A DNA stretch of 64,000 nt from a bacterium (GTDB lineage: Bacteria > Electryoneota > Electryoneia > Electryoneales > Electryoneaceae). Position numbers and translations under genes: made by a program. This document shows, in pieces, positions 37,022 to 46,085 of the stretch (within the stretch, counting starts at the first letter, position 1; each line of letters starts with the position of its first letter). Location of the stretch: contig OY769902.1 in NCBI GenBank assembly GCA_963669175.1, positions 4,384,001 through 4,448,000 on the forward strand, read 5' to 3'. The notes under the pieces were generated by a model that made no database searches, had not been told where the DNA came from, and saw only the letters and a program-made list of their open reading frames with translations.

Positions 37022-38503
37022 TTACTCCCGTATCGTCCGTTGTATCCGTGCAACATACATCAAGACACCGAAGTTTACTAGCAGTCCCCATACCCCGGAA
37101 TGCACTCCCAGCGGCTTTGCCGGAAGCAGACCGAATCCCATTTCCAGTATGGTCAGGATCAGGGTAACAATAACACCAGCCAGCATTCCCCAATACACCG
37201 GTTTTGCCTTGATCTGCGGATACAACACCCCCACCAGCAGCGCGGGAGCTGCCTGAACGAAAAACACCAGCTTCAGCTCAATCAATCGCCAGACAGTTTG
37301 CGGTAGTATCATCGCCAGCCAGATCATCAGCGCCATGATAATCCAACTGAAGCCTTTTCCCAGGTAAGTCAGTCGTTTCCAGTCGGTCCCCGGCTTCAGG
37401 GGCAGGTAGATATCCATGGTGAAGATGGAAGACAGGGAAAGCAGCGCCGAATCAACTGTGGACATGATCGCCGCCAGGGATGCGGCCAGGAACAGGATCA
37501 TCAGCCCACCAACCCAGGCATTCCCGGCGCCCAGGTCATTCAGAAATATCATCAGGATCTGTTCGCTTTCCCCTTTGCTCAATCCCGGAAACTGAACCGC
37601 TCCGACAATCCCGATTGTGACGATGAGCAGAGTCGTCACCAAAGGCATGAAAGCCATGAATTGCAGAGATCGTTTTAACGATCCTGCGCTTTTAGCCGCG
37701 AAAACACGTTGTACCATATGCGGATAAGTCGATACACCGAAGAAGAAGATCACAATGGTACTGAACCACGTCATCTTCCCGGTCCAGGAAGGCGCCTGCC
37801 ATATCTCCGGGCGTTCGGTCATGGCACGCTTCGCAACTTCGGTCATGGGACCATATTTCACCATCACGATGACAAACAGAAGCAGACATCCAACCATCAG
37901 GATCACGCCCTGGATCAGGTCAGTCCAGGCCACGCTTCTCATCCCGCCGAGCGTCTCATAAATCACCATAATCAGGGCAAGAATAACCACTCCCCATGCG
38001 AAAGGAATCACACCGCCCGTAGTCGCTTCAACAATATGTCCGATGGCTTTCAGGTTAGACAGGATGTAATTCGCCAACGCCCAGATGCCAAGGATGGAAA
38101 AGGCTATGGTAAGCGGACGATATCCGAAGCGATGCTGAATGAAATCGCCTGGTGTGATGAAGTTGTGCTTTGCGGCAAGTCGTTGAAGTTTTGGTGCAAA
38201 CAGCGCCAATGCCCCAACCACGGCAATCATGAAGGTTGCGCCGACGAGGAAGGCATATCCCTGGCGATAGGCGCGTCCGGCAAAACCGACCAGAGTGTTG
38301 CCGCTGTATTGGCTCGCGTACAGGGTGAAAAACAGGACGAGAAAACCGAGGGAACGTCCTCCCAGGTAGTAATCAGGTGGCGATACTTCTTTCCGGGCAA
38401 AACGTCCCCAGATCCCAACACCAATCAAGGTCAACATATAGAGGCCGACAGCGACAATCCCGCCTGTACCAAGAATCGCACCCGCTCCACCGGTTTCAGG
38501 CAT
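37022..38503 (-). CDS. Sodium:solute symporter family protein (PanF/PutP-like)
   Basis: DYYLGGRSLG, GGMRSVAWTDLIQG, AAIMSTVDS; about 13 hydrophobic segments. Confidence 0.92.
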   Translation of the reverse strand: MPETGGAGAILGTGGIVAVGLYMLTLIGVGIWGRFARKEVSPPDYYLGGRSLGFLVLFFTLYASQYSGNTLVGFAGRAYRQGYAFLVGATFMIAVVGALALFAPKLQRLAAKHNFITPGDFIQHRFGYRPLTIAFSILGIWALANYILSNLKAIGHIVEATTGGVIPFAWGVVILALIMVIYETLGGMRSVAWTDLIQGVILMVGCLLLFVIVMVKYGPMTEVAKRAMTERPEIWQAPSWTGKMTWFSTIVIFFFGVSTYPHMVQRVFAAKSAGSLKRSLQFMAFMPLVTTLLIVTIGIVGAVQFPGLSKGESEQILMIFLNDLGAGNAWVGGLMILFLAASLAAIMSTVDSALLSLSSIFTMDIYLPLKPGTDWKRLTYLGKGFSWIIMALMIWLAMILPQTVWRLIELKLVFFVQAAPALLVGVLYPQIKAKPVYWGMLAGVIVTLILTILEMGFGLLPAKPLGVHSGVWGLLVNFGVLMYVARIQRTIRE

Positions 38504-38771
38504 CTTCCCTCCTGTCCAGGTTTGAGCTTTGACTTACGTCAGTACAGGATGAATTCTCAGTATTTCCCAAGTCATCCTCACCTGTCAGGCCATCCCAGTA
38601 TGCATGCAGCGACCAGGCAATGAACAGTGCGTAGAACACGGTTATCACCAGTGCCAGAAAACCCCACAAGGGGAATCCCAGAACCTGCACGTTGCTGCTG
38701 CCGGTGAACAACCATGGGGTTGCCAGGACAGGAATAAACAACATCAGGAACCACAACAGGCCTTTCTTCAT
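38496..38771 (-). CDS. Small two-TM membrane protein of the kind found upstream of SSS symporters (DUF997/DUF3311-like)
   Basis: Start at ATG 38771; 'PWLF...VLGFPLWG' motif; overlaps the symporter start. Confidence 0.75.
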   Translation of the reverse strand: MKKGLLWFLMLFIPVLATPWLFTGSSNVQVLGFPLWGFLALVITVFYALFIAWSLHAYWDGLTGEDDLGNTENSSCTDVSQSSNLDRREDA

Positions 38772-38879
38772 GAAAGCCCCTCGGTTAATGTTCACATCTT
38801 GCCAGAAGGGTAAAAGTGGCGCCTTCGATCTTACCATACTCACAAGATGTTACACTATTGGCAAAAGCTTACTTGCCGC

Positions 38880-38908
38880 TTGACAGCCAAACCGTACACG
38901 TATATCGT
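38880..38908 (+). promoter_or_regulatory. Putative sigma70 promoter
   Basis: TTGACA-N17-TATCGT upstream of the gene at 39095. Confidence 0.5.
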
Positions 38909-39094
38909 ACTGACTACTGTGGCGGATATTTCTGGTACAATTCCCACCAAACAGGTTCTGTTTTCTGAGGCATCAGTAGTGTTGTATTCCTGTGATTATG
39001 AGACTACAATAATAATAGATTATTGAAAGATGTCCAAGCACTACACATTGCCATTTTGATACAATTCCAACTACCGATTCCATTTGGAGATAAC

Positions 39095-39487
39095 ATGGAA
39101 TTTTACAGCTTACTTCTCACCACATTTCTCATGGCAGTTGTTGTGTCCCTGATCGTCATTTTCGCGTTCCGAAAATCCATCAAGACGATTTTCATGAGGA
39201 TTATTGGAGAAGACATCGCTATTGTCTGGGAGAAATTCCTCGTTTTTGCCTTGTTGGTGGTTGGGATCGCATCCGGCGTCAATATCAGGATGCTGGAACG
39301 CTTTATTGCCCCGGCAACGGAACAGAATCCCACCCCGGAACTGACTACGGAATCCTGGGTATTGGAACTGTTTCGTACCATGCTGAACTCACTTGGCGGC
39401 CTGGCCTGGGCATTGTTGATCTTTTTCCTTGTTGCCTTGATTACATATGTGATTGTCAAAGGGCGGGAAAAGAAACTGGATGGGTGA
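39095..39487 (+). CDS. Hypothetical three-TM membrane protein
   Basis: GGAG RBS before ATG 39095; three hydrophobic segments. Confidence 0.75.
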   Translation: MEFYSLLLTTFLMAVVVSLIVIFAFRKSIKTIFMRIIGEDIAIVWEKFLVFALLVVGIASGVNIRMLERFIAPATEQNPTPELTTESWVLELFRTMLNSLGGLAWALLIFFLVALITYVIVKGREKKLDG

Positions 39488-39528
39488 AGTCCGTTGTTTT
39501 GACTACAACATCCACATGGGAGGTCACG

Positions 39529-40203
39529 GTGAAAAGAACATACACAGCAATATTCTGCCTCGGTATTGTCTTCTCGCTAATATCCGGATGCGCCACCTTC
39601 CGTTCCGGGGTGAAAGGACATTTCTCTGAACCAGGAAGTAAAAACCTTGGGGCTGAAAAGGTAGATGTGCTGTTCATTTTCAGCCACTACGAGCAGGCGC
39701 GTGGGTATGACGCTATCCCGAAACTGGAAAGCCACCACCAGATCATCCGTGATTTTGACGATCTCTTTATAGATGCCTGCGGTGAATTATCCAACCTGGA
39801 CAAGTATACGACTTTCACCGAATACGCATCCGATGTAAGCGAGCCGGAACGCATCACCAAGCGAGACAGCCTGATTGCAGCTTACGATTATGTCATACGA
39901 ATCAAATTCATGAAGGAACACTCCTTCGCACAGCATTTCCTGGGAACCCTGTTTTCAACAGTGTCCGCCACACTCCTGCCCATGCCCTACTCACAACACT
40001 TCTCCATGGAAGTGAATGTGTTTGATGATCAGGATATCCTTCTGCACAGTTATAAACGGGAAGCCTCGATGACAAAATGGGTGCAGACACTGCTGGTTTT
40101 CGTCTACCCTTTCCATACTGAAAAACGGAAGGAAGAAGAAATCTACATCAACCTGATGCACGACGTCTTCAGGCAGATTGAAACGGAAAGAGTGCTGAAA
40201 TAG
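39529..40203 (+). CDS. Hypothetical lipoprotein
   Basis: GGGAGG RBS before GTG 39529; lipobox ISG-C. Confidence 0.75.
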   Translation: MKRTYTAIFCLGIVFSLISGCATFRSGVKGHFSEPGSKNLGAEKVDVLFIFSHYEQARGYDAIPKLESHHQIIRDFDDLFIDACGELSNLDKYTTFTEYASDVSEPERITKRDSLIAAYDYVIRIKFMKEHSFAQHFLGTLFSTVSATLLPMPYSQHFSMEVNVFDDQDILLHSYKREASMTKWVQTLLVFVYPFHTEKRKEEEIYINLMHDVFRQIETERVLK

Positions 40204-40295
40204 GGTATTTATCTCCCTGCACATTTTGAACTTGAACCAAACTACAACAGCAATTACACCGGCGACACCACTTCATTTCGGAATTTCACCCATTG

Positions 40296-41381
40296 TTATG
40301 AAATAATGATTTTCACAATCTGGTCTATCTCTTCCGTAGTCAGATCGTAATACAACGGTAGACAGAGTATTCTTTCAGCAATCGATTCAGCAATCGGTAA
40401 AGCGCTATCCATAAAACCGCGAACACGATTCAACGATGGATAGAAATACCGTCTTGGGAAAATCTTCTTTGCCCCCAGCTTCCTGACTGCATCCAACAGT
40501 CTTTCCTCGGAATCGAACAATACGGGCATATAACTGTAGTTATAGGACTCTTCTTCAAATCTCTGGAAATCTATGAAAGGTGAAGCAGCCAACTGTTTCT
40601 GATAGTAGGCATATTTCCTTTTCCTGTCCGCCCGAACCTCATCGAGATATTTCAGGTTGACCAGGCCCAGCGCGGCATGAATCTCTGTCATTTTCGCGTT
40701 GGTGCCTTCATCAACAATGTCCTTGCTGTCATCGAAACCGAAAAAGCGCAACCGTTTTATTCTATCCACGATCTCATCATCACGGCAAACACATCCTCCG
40801 CCTTCCCCGGTATTATACAACTTGGTAGCATGAAAACTGAGGCAACTGACATCGCCGTATTCCACCAGGGGACGTCCCTTGTATTCCACTGCGGTTGCAT
40901 GGGCAGAGTCATAAATCAACTTGAGGTTGTGTCGATCAGCAATATCCTGTAAAGCCTCCACATCACACGGAGCACTGAATACATGAACAGGCAGAATCGC
41001 TGCAGTTCGGTCAGTAATAGCATCTTCGACCTTTTCCGGATCGATATTCCATGTGTGCGGATCAATATCAACAAATACCGGTTTTATCCTGTTCCAATCA
41101 ATAATATTGGCCGTAGCGATGAATGAGAATGGCGACGTAATGATTTCGCCCTGAAGATCGTATGCACGTATGGCGAGATCCAGTGCAGCCGTACCATTCA
41201 CTACACACACCATGTTTCTGACCTTGAGATAGGCCATCAACTCACGCTCAAGCCTTTGTAATAACGGACCGTTATGCGTAAGAATACCGGATTCCCACAT
41301 TTGTTCCAGGTATTCATCAAATTCAGGAATCGGACCCAAAGAAGGTCTCGTCACAAAAATGGGGTTGTTACCTTGACTCAT
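40296..41381 (-). CDS. DegT/DnrJ family sugar aminotransferase, VioA-like (C4)
   Basis: IFVTRPSL...LTHNGP, YDSAHA, SFHATKLYNTGEGG, GTNAKMTE, RRYFYP. Confidence 0.9.
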   Translation of the reverse strand: MSQGNNPIFVTRPSLGPIPEFDEYLEQMWESGILTHNGPLLQRLERELMAYLKVRNMVCVVNGTAALDLAIRAYDLQGEIITSPFSFIATANIIDWNRIKPVFVDIDPHTWNIDPEKVEDAITDRTAAILPVHVFSAPCDVEALQDIADRHNLKLIYDSAHATAVEYKGRPLVEYGDVSCLSFHATKLYNTGEGGGCVCRDDEIVDRIKRLRFFGFDDSKDIVDEGTNAKMTEIHAALGLVNLKYLDEVRADRKRKYAYYQKQLAASPFIDFQRFEEESYNYSYMPVLFDSEERLLDAVRKLGAKKIFPRRYFYPSLNRVRGFMDSALPIAESIAERILCLPLYYDLTTEEIDQIVKIIIS

Positions 41382-41407
41382 CTGTTCCTCTGTTCCGAAA
41401 ACTGTGT

Positions 41408-42376
41408 TCAGGCAATCGTACCGGCCAACTCACGAAACTGCCACTGGATAGATGCTTGCGCCAGGATTTTCTCGTATTCCCCCGGCCAGCATGATACATT
41501 CTCAATACTATCACGGAAATGACAGACCATATTGTGGTAATGATTGTCCGGTGGAAGCTTGATGATATTCTTATCGTTCTGGTGTTCGATTATCATTGTT
41601 GGCATGAACCCTGGTGGTGCGGTAAAAATACGATCCGTAGTCAGTTTGCCTTTTGTGCCTAATATCTCCAGTGTACATTGGTAAAAATAGTTGAATCCAA
41701 ATGAAACCTGAGCTACTTGTTCCCTGTCGTTGACCAGCATACCATCGCCATACATATCAACACCACGATCCTGATCATACTCCAGCAGTGCAGAAACAAG
41801 CTTTGTATTGGGGCCAAGCAACAGGTTGCTGATTTTCAAGACATAACCACCTGCGTCCAGAAGCGCCCCACCGCCCAACTCCATATTGTAGCGAAAATTA
41901 TCTGCATTTAAGGGGGGGAAACCGAATGTTGAACGAATCAACCTTACATCACCCAATTCTCCTGAAGCCAGGTAATCCGTAACCCATTTAAACTGAGAAT
42001 GGTGTGGGAAAAGATAATTCTCCACCAGGAGAACACCTTTCTCCCTGGCAGCATTCACAAGCCGTTGCGCAGTTTCGAAGTCTCCAGCAAGTGACTTTTC
42101 TATCAGGAGATGCTTTCCCGCCTCGATAGCATGATTAATCCACTCTTCATGCAGCCCGGTCGGAAGCGGCATATAGACGGCATCAATATCTGGCCGCTTC
42201 AGCAGCTCGTCATATCCCTCGACGGCTTCACAGGCAAACTGCTCTGCGTATGATTTGGCTTTTTCAAGGCTTCTGGAAGCAACAGCGGTTACTTTCACAT
42301 CTTGCGTCTGCATCAGCGCCGGAATCATGGCCCTTTTTGCAAAAGAAGAGCATCCAACCACACCAACTCGCAACAT
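41408..42376 (-). CDS. Gfo/Idh/MocA oxidoreductase, probable NDP-hexose 3-ketoreductase
   Basis: GVVGCSSFA, AGKHLLIEKS, LGGGALLDAGGY; adjacent to the 2,3-dehydratase. Confidence 0.82.
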   Translation of the reverse strand: MLRVGVVGCSSFAKRAMIPALMQTQDVKVTAVASRSLEKAKSYAEQFACEAVEGYDELLKRPDIDAVYMPLPTGLHEEWINHAIEAGKHLLIEKSLAGDFETAQRLVNAAREKGVLLVENYLFPHHSQFKWVTDYLASGELGDVRLIRSTFGFPPLNADNFRYNMELGGGALLDAGGYVLKISNLLLGPNTKLVSALLEYDQDRGVDMYGDGMLVNDREQVAQVSFGFNYFYQCTLEILGTKGKLTTDRIFTAPPGFMPTMIIEHQNDKNIIKLPPDNHYHNMVCHFRDSIENVSCWPGEYEKILAQASIQWQFRELAGTIA

Positions 42377-42403
42377 TACACTATCTCCAGCTATCTACAT
42401 AGT

Positions 42404-43897
42404 TTAAATGAAACCCAAACAGGATATCAAGCACCTGGCCTGTACATTGACAAAGTTGTTGTATTTGATAAATTCCTTGATCTGGTTCATGGTCATCCAG
42501 ATATAATTATCCGGAATTTCCAGTTCCTGATCCTGGTCAATCTCAACAATAATATTCCGGTTTTCTTCACGGAAGAAGCGTCCACCTTCCTCTGATTGCA
42601 GTGTATCGTAGCGAATTCGGTCTTTATCTGCCGAAGTGATCTGTTCCAGGAAAGGCGGCCAGAATTCTTTCGGCGCGTCTTTGTAACTGCCGGTTATTGC
42701 CTGAACAGTAGGCGCCATCTCCACAATATCCACGCAACCAGGCTCAACTTTTGCCTGGATCAGAAAATGATAGATACCGTTGATCTTCTTGATCAGCATT
42801 CCAATGATGCCCGGCTCCAATGATTCAACCAGCGGTTGTGTCCAACTTGGCACCTCACGCACCTGCGCTTCAACAGAACAGGCAATCACTTTGAAATACT
42901 TGTCTTCCTCGTGATGAATATCATATTCCGTATGCTCCCAATTGGTCACCTCGTTCAGGGGAATATGGCGCACATCAAGTTCATAACGGAATTTCTGTTC
43001 TGTGAACCAGGCAATGATCTCATCAATGGTGTGCAGACACCTATCGGTATTCAGGGTGCTTTCAAGAAGATCCTGATGGAAATGCGACAGGCTGCTTTTT
43101 TCTTCCTGCAACCAGCTTTCACGTAATGCATTGATTATATAGGCAATCTCTGCACCGGGGAGCGAACGAGTGCCATAATTGAGACCGGACAGGACTGTAC
43201 GCGCATCCATATTGACAATATTATCCTGTCGCATTACCTGGCGAATCTGTCCAAGCGTCAACCATATAAAGTCATCATAAACAGGTATATCATCTTCGAT
43301 ATAGATAATAATATTACGATTACGTTTGCGGAGAAAACGTGCACCCTGTTCTGACTGCAAGACGTCAACGACCTTCTTGGTTCTGACAGGTGGGTCAATG
43401 AAGTACTCCAGGTAAGTAGGCGCTTTTCCCTGGTGAACTCGTGTAAAGTTACTTCGGGTTGCCTGTAATGTTGGTGCAAGTTGTATCATATTGATGTTTC
43501 CGGGTTCCATTTTCGCCTGCATCAGGAAATGCATCACACCATTAATTTTTTTGGTGATGATTCCCAGTATCCCAATCTCCGGTTGATTTATAATCGGTTG
43601 TGTCCAGGTTGACCTGTTTCCATAATTTGTTGTCACATGAATTCCATCAATACTGAAGAATTTCCCGCTGGCATGACACAGATTGCCTGTTTCACTATCA
43701 AAATGCCAGTTGATAAGCTCTGAGAAGGGAATCCGGTTCAGTTTGAAGGTGTGAGCACGTTTCCTGCTTTCAAACCAATCGGGAAATTCCACTGCGCCTG
43801 CCGAAAAGCTTTTGCCCGTGATCTCGGAGATCAATAGTTCGGAGCCAATTTGATTTGGATCGTATAGCGGCTCTTTAATCGTCTGTTTCTCTTCCAC
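42404..43897 (-). CDS. NDP-hexose 2,3-dehydratase (EvaA/OleV family)
   Basis: Two homologous halves: QAKMEPGN...APTLQATRSN...QSEQGARF and QAKVEPG...APTVQ...QSEEGGRFF. Confidence 0.92.
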   Translation of the reverse strand: MEEKQTIKEPLYDPNQIGSELLISEITGKSFSAGAVEFPDWFESRKRAHTFKLNRIPFSELINWHFDSETGNLCHASGKFFSIDGIHVTTNYGNRSTWTQPIINQPEIGILGIITKKINGVMHFLMQAKMEPGNINMIQLAPTLQATRSNFTRVHQGKAPTYLEYFIDPPVRTKKVVDVLQSEQGARFLRKRNRNIIIYIEDDIPVYDDFIWLTLGQIRQVMRQDNIVNMDARTVLSGLNYGTRSLPGAEIAYIINALRESWLQEEKSSLSHFHQDLLESTLNTDRCLHTIDEIIAWFTEQKFRYELDVRHIPLNEVTNWEHTEYDIHHEEDKYFKVIACSVEAQVREVPSWTQPLVESLEPGIIGMLIKKINGIYHFLIQAKVEPGCVDIVEMAPTVQAITGSYKDAPKEFWPPFLEQITSADKDRIRYDTLQSEEGGRFFREENRNIIVEIDQDQELEIPDNYIWMTMNQIKEFIKYNNFVNVQARCLISCLGFI

Positions 43898-43977
43898 AGA
43901 TTTCTTCCTCGTTACTTTGTAACCTTGCAGCAGACTTTGAAAAACAGCATCAATTGGAATCGTACTCCTGCCCCAAC

Positions 43978-44631
43978 TTACTGGCCACGCTTGATTGGTT
44001 TGGCAGGCACACCCACTACCGTCAGGCCGGAATCAATATTGTGAACAACAGCAGCGCCGGCCCCGACTACGCAATCGTTACCTATGGTAATATGGTCACG
44101 TACAGCAGCCCCAATACCAATCCAGCTTCTGGCGCCAATTGTGCAAGATCCCCCGACCCTGGCGCCCGGCGCTATATGACAGGCTTCACCTGCAACACAA
44201 TCATGGTCAACACTTGCACTTGTATTAATAATACAGTAGTCGGAAATCACCGTATCACTATTCACAATAGCCCCGGGCATCACGAGAACGCCAGAACCAA
44301 GCTTCGCAGTGGGTGATATTTGCGTAAATGGATGAATCAATGAGGGAATGTGAAATCCTTTTCTGGTCAGGTTTGCAGCTATCGTCTGCCGGGCCTGATT
44401 GGTCCCAATGGCAATAAATACATCATGCGTATTGCTGGAATAACTAAATAACTCCTGCTCCCCACCCAGAATCTCAATACCGTAAAGAGCGCTGCCCCAA
44501 CGATCTTGATTAACAGTGTCTATCAGGCCAATAATCTCATGCGATTGGTTTTGTTGAACAACATCAATGACCACCTTTGCATGCCCACCGGCCCCGACAA
44601 TCAGAAGTTTCCTTTTCACCATGAAAATCAC
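43978..44631 (-). CDS. PglD/NeuD-like sugar acetyltransferase
   Basis: GAGGHAKVV; hexapeptide repeats; INTSASVDHDC; GVPAK. Confidence 0.9.
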   Translation of the reverse strand: MIFMVKRKLLIVGAGGHAKVVIDVVQQNQSHEIIGLIDTVNQDRWGSALYGIEILGGEQELFSYSSNTHDVFIAIGTNQARQTIAANLTRKGFHIPSLIHPFTQISPTAKLGSGVLVMPGAIVNSDTVISDYCIINTSASVDHDCVAGEACHIAPGARVGGSCTIGARSWIGIGAAVRDHITIGNDCVVGAGAAVVHNIDSGLTVVGVPAKPIKRGQ

Positions 44632-44667
44632 CGTTTGGGGTTGAATGAATCTCAGTAATTTAAATAC

Positions 44668-45633
44668 CTAGCCAATAGTCTCATCGTTTTCTTTTATCTT
44701 TACTTCTCTGACAATGAATGTCGTATTTCCAAGCTGCTTTCTGAATGTTCGAATTGTAAATTCACCCTGAATACTGAAAAATACTGCCAGTATCAGTGTT
44801 GAGATGGTAAGCGCATTCAATATCAGGCCATTCGTAACTTCAGGAAGGATTTTAAAATCCCAGACACTGTTAATGATAAGCCTCAAAATGAAAAGATTTG
44901 CAAACAGCAGGCAGGTAATAAATAACTGCTGAAATGGCTTCTCAAGCATCATTATCACATTTTCCATATTGTAATTCCACAACTTGCGAAAAGTCCAACC
45001 AGACTTCCCGTAGCGTCTGGGTGAATGGCTTACGGGAATTTCAATCCTTCGATTGGTATTTCTGATAATATCAGTAGGTCGAAAGGTTTTATGCGCACTC
45101 GGTTCCATTCCCCGAATAAGATAGCCAGCATATAGTTTGAAAGATCCACCAAAATCACGGAAATCACTTTCCGATACCTTCCGCATGATTACATTTGCGA
45201 TTTTTGATGGCAGTTTTCTTGTCCAACTGTCCTTCCTGTTCACACGGTATCCGCTGACAACTTCATACCCCTGATCCCATTTTTCAAGCAATAACGGGAT
45301 TTCCTCCGGATGAAATTGCAAATCACTGTCCATATGGATAATGGCCTTACCTCGCGCATGACAAAGACCTGCCATAACCGCACTCGTTTGGCCAAAATTT
45401 CGTGTCAAATCGATAACGGCATACACATTTGGATCTGATTCGAAAATCTCTTTTAACAGCTCAAAAGTCCGGTCGGTACTGCCATCGTTTACGAAGATCA
45501 TTTCATGAGTTCGCCCTGTTTCGCGAAGCGCCTTCGACAAACGACTATGAAATTCTGTGATGCTGTTCTCTTCAAAATAGCAGGATATCACAGCACTGAT
45601 TTCTGGACGCCAGTTGTCTTGTTCGTTTTCCAC
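44668..45633 (-). CDS. GT2 polyprenol-phosphate glycosyltransferase (ArnC/GtrB-like)
   Basis: GGAGG before GTG 45633; VNDGSTDRT, RNFGQ, MDSDLQ, R.YGKSGW; two C-terminal TMs. Confidence 0.88.
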   Translation of the reverse strand: MENEQDNWRPEISAVISCYFEENSITEFHSRLSKALRETGRTHEMIFVNDGSTDRTFELLKEIFESDPNVYAVIDLTRNFGQTSAVMAGLCHARGKAIIHMDSDLQFHPEEIPLLLEKWDQGYEVVSGYRVNRKDSWTRKLPSKIANVIMRKVSESDFRDFGGSFKLYAGYLIRGMEPSAHKTFRPTDIIRNTNRRIEIPVSHSPRRYGKSGWTFRKLWNYNMENVIMMLEKPFQQLFITCLLFANLFILRLIINSVWDFKILPEVTNGLILNALTISTLILAVFFSIQGEFTIRTFRKQLGNTTFIVREVKIKENDETIG

Positions 45634-46085
45634 TGCGTTGTACCCCTCCAAGCCTTTTAAAAGACATAAGTGTAACACCTGATGGTAAAGCAATGTGTTT
45701 ATTGCAGACGTGATTCGGGTCAAAGCATACAATATAAGAACTACTGTTCAATAACCGTGTCCTGTCTCTCTGCTGAAGATACTAACCGTGAGGCAGGATA
45801 AACATTCTTTTCGATCAAATGAAGTATTTATGTGGTAATCGGAGACTGATGCAGGTAAGCTTCTTCCGGTCGGAAATCGCAGGCGGGCCCGAGTAATAGC
45901 TGACTAATATAAAAGCAGAAAACAGAGACTCTAACACATTGTATTCATTAGGCCATATGCACCATTTTCAGTTATTGGTTCATGATGCTTCATCACTATG
46001 ACAGATTTCCTGGAATGATCCTCAGTGATGGATCTGTATAGAATTCAAGAACAACATCACAGGCAATTGAGCGTACGTCAATCAC

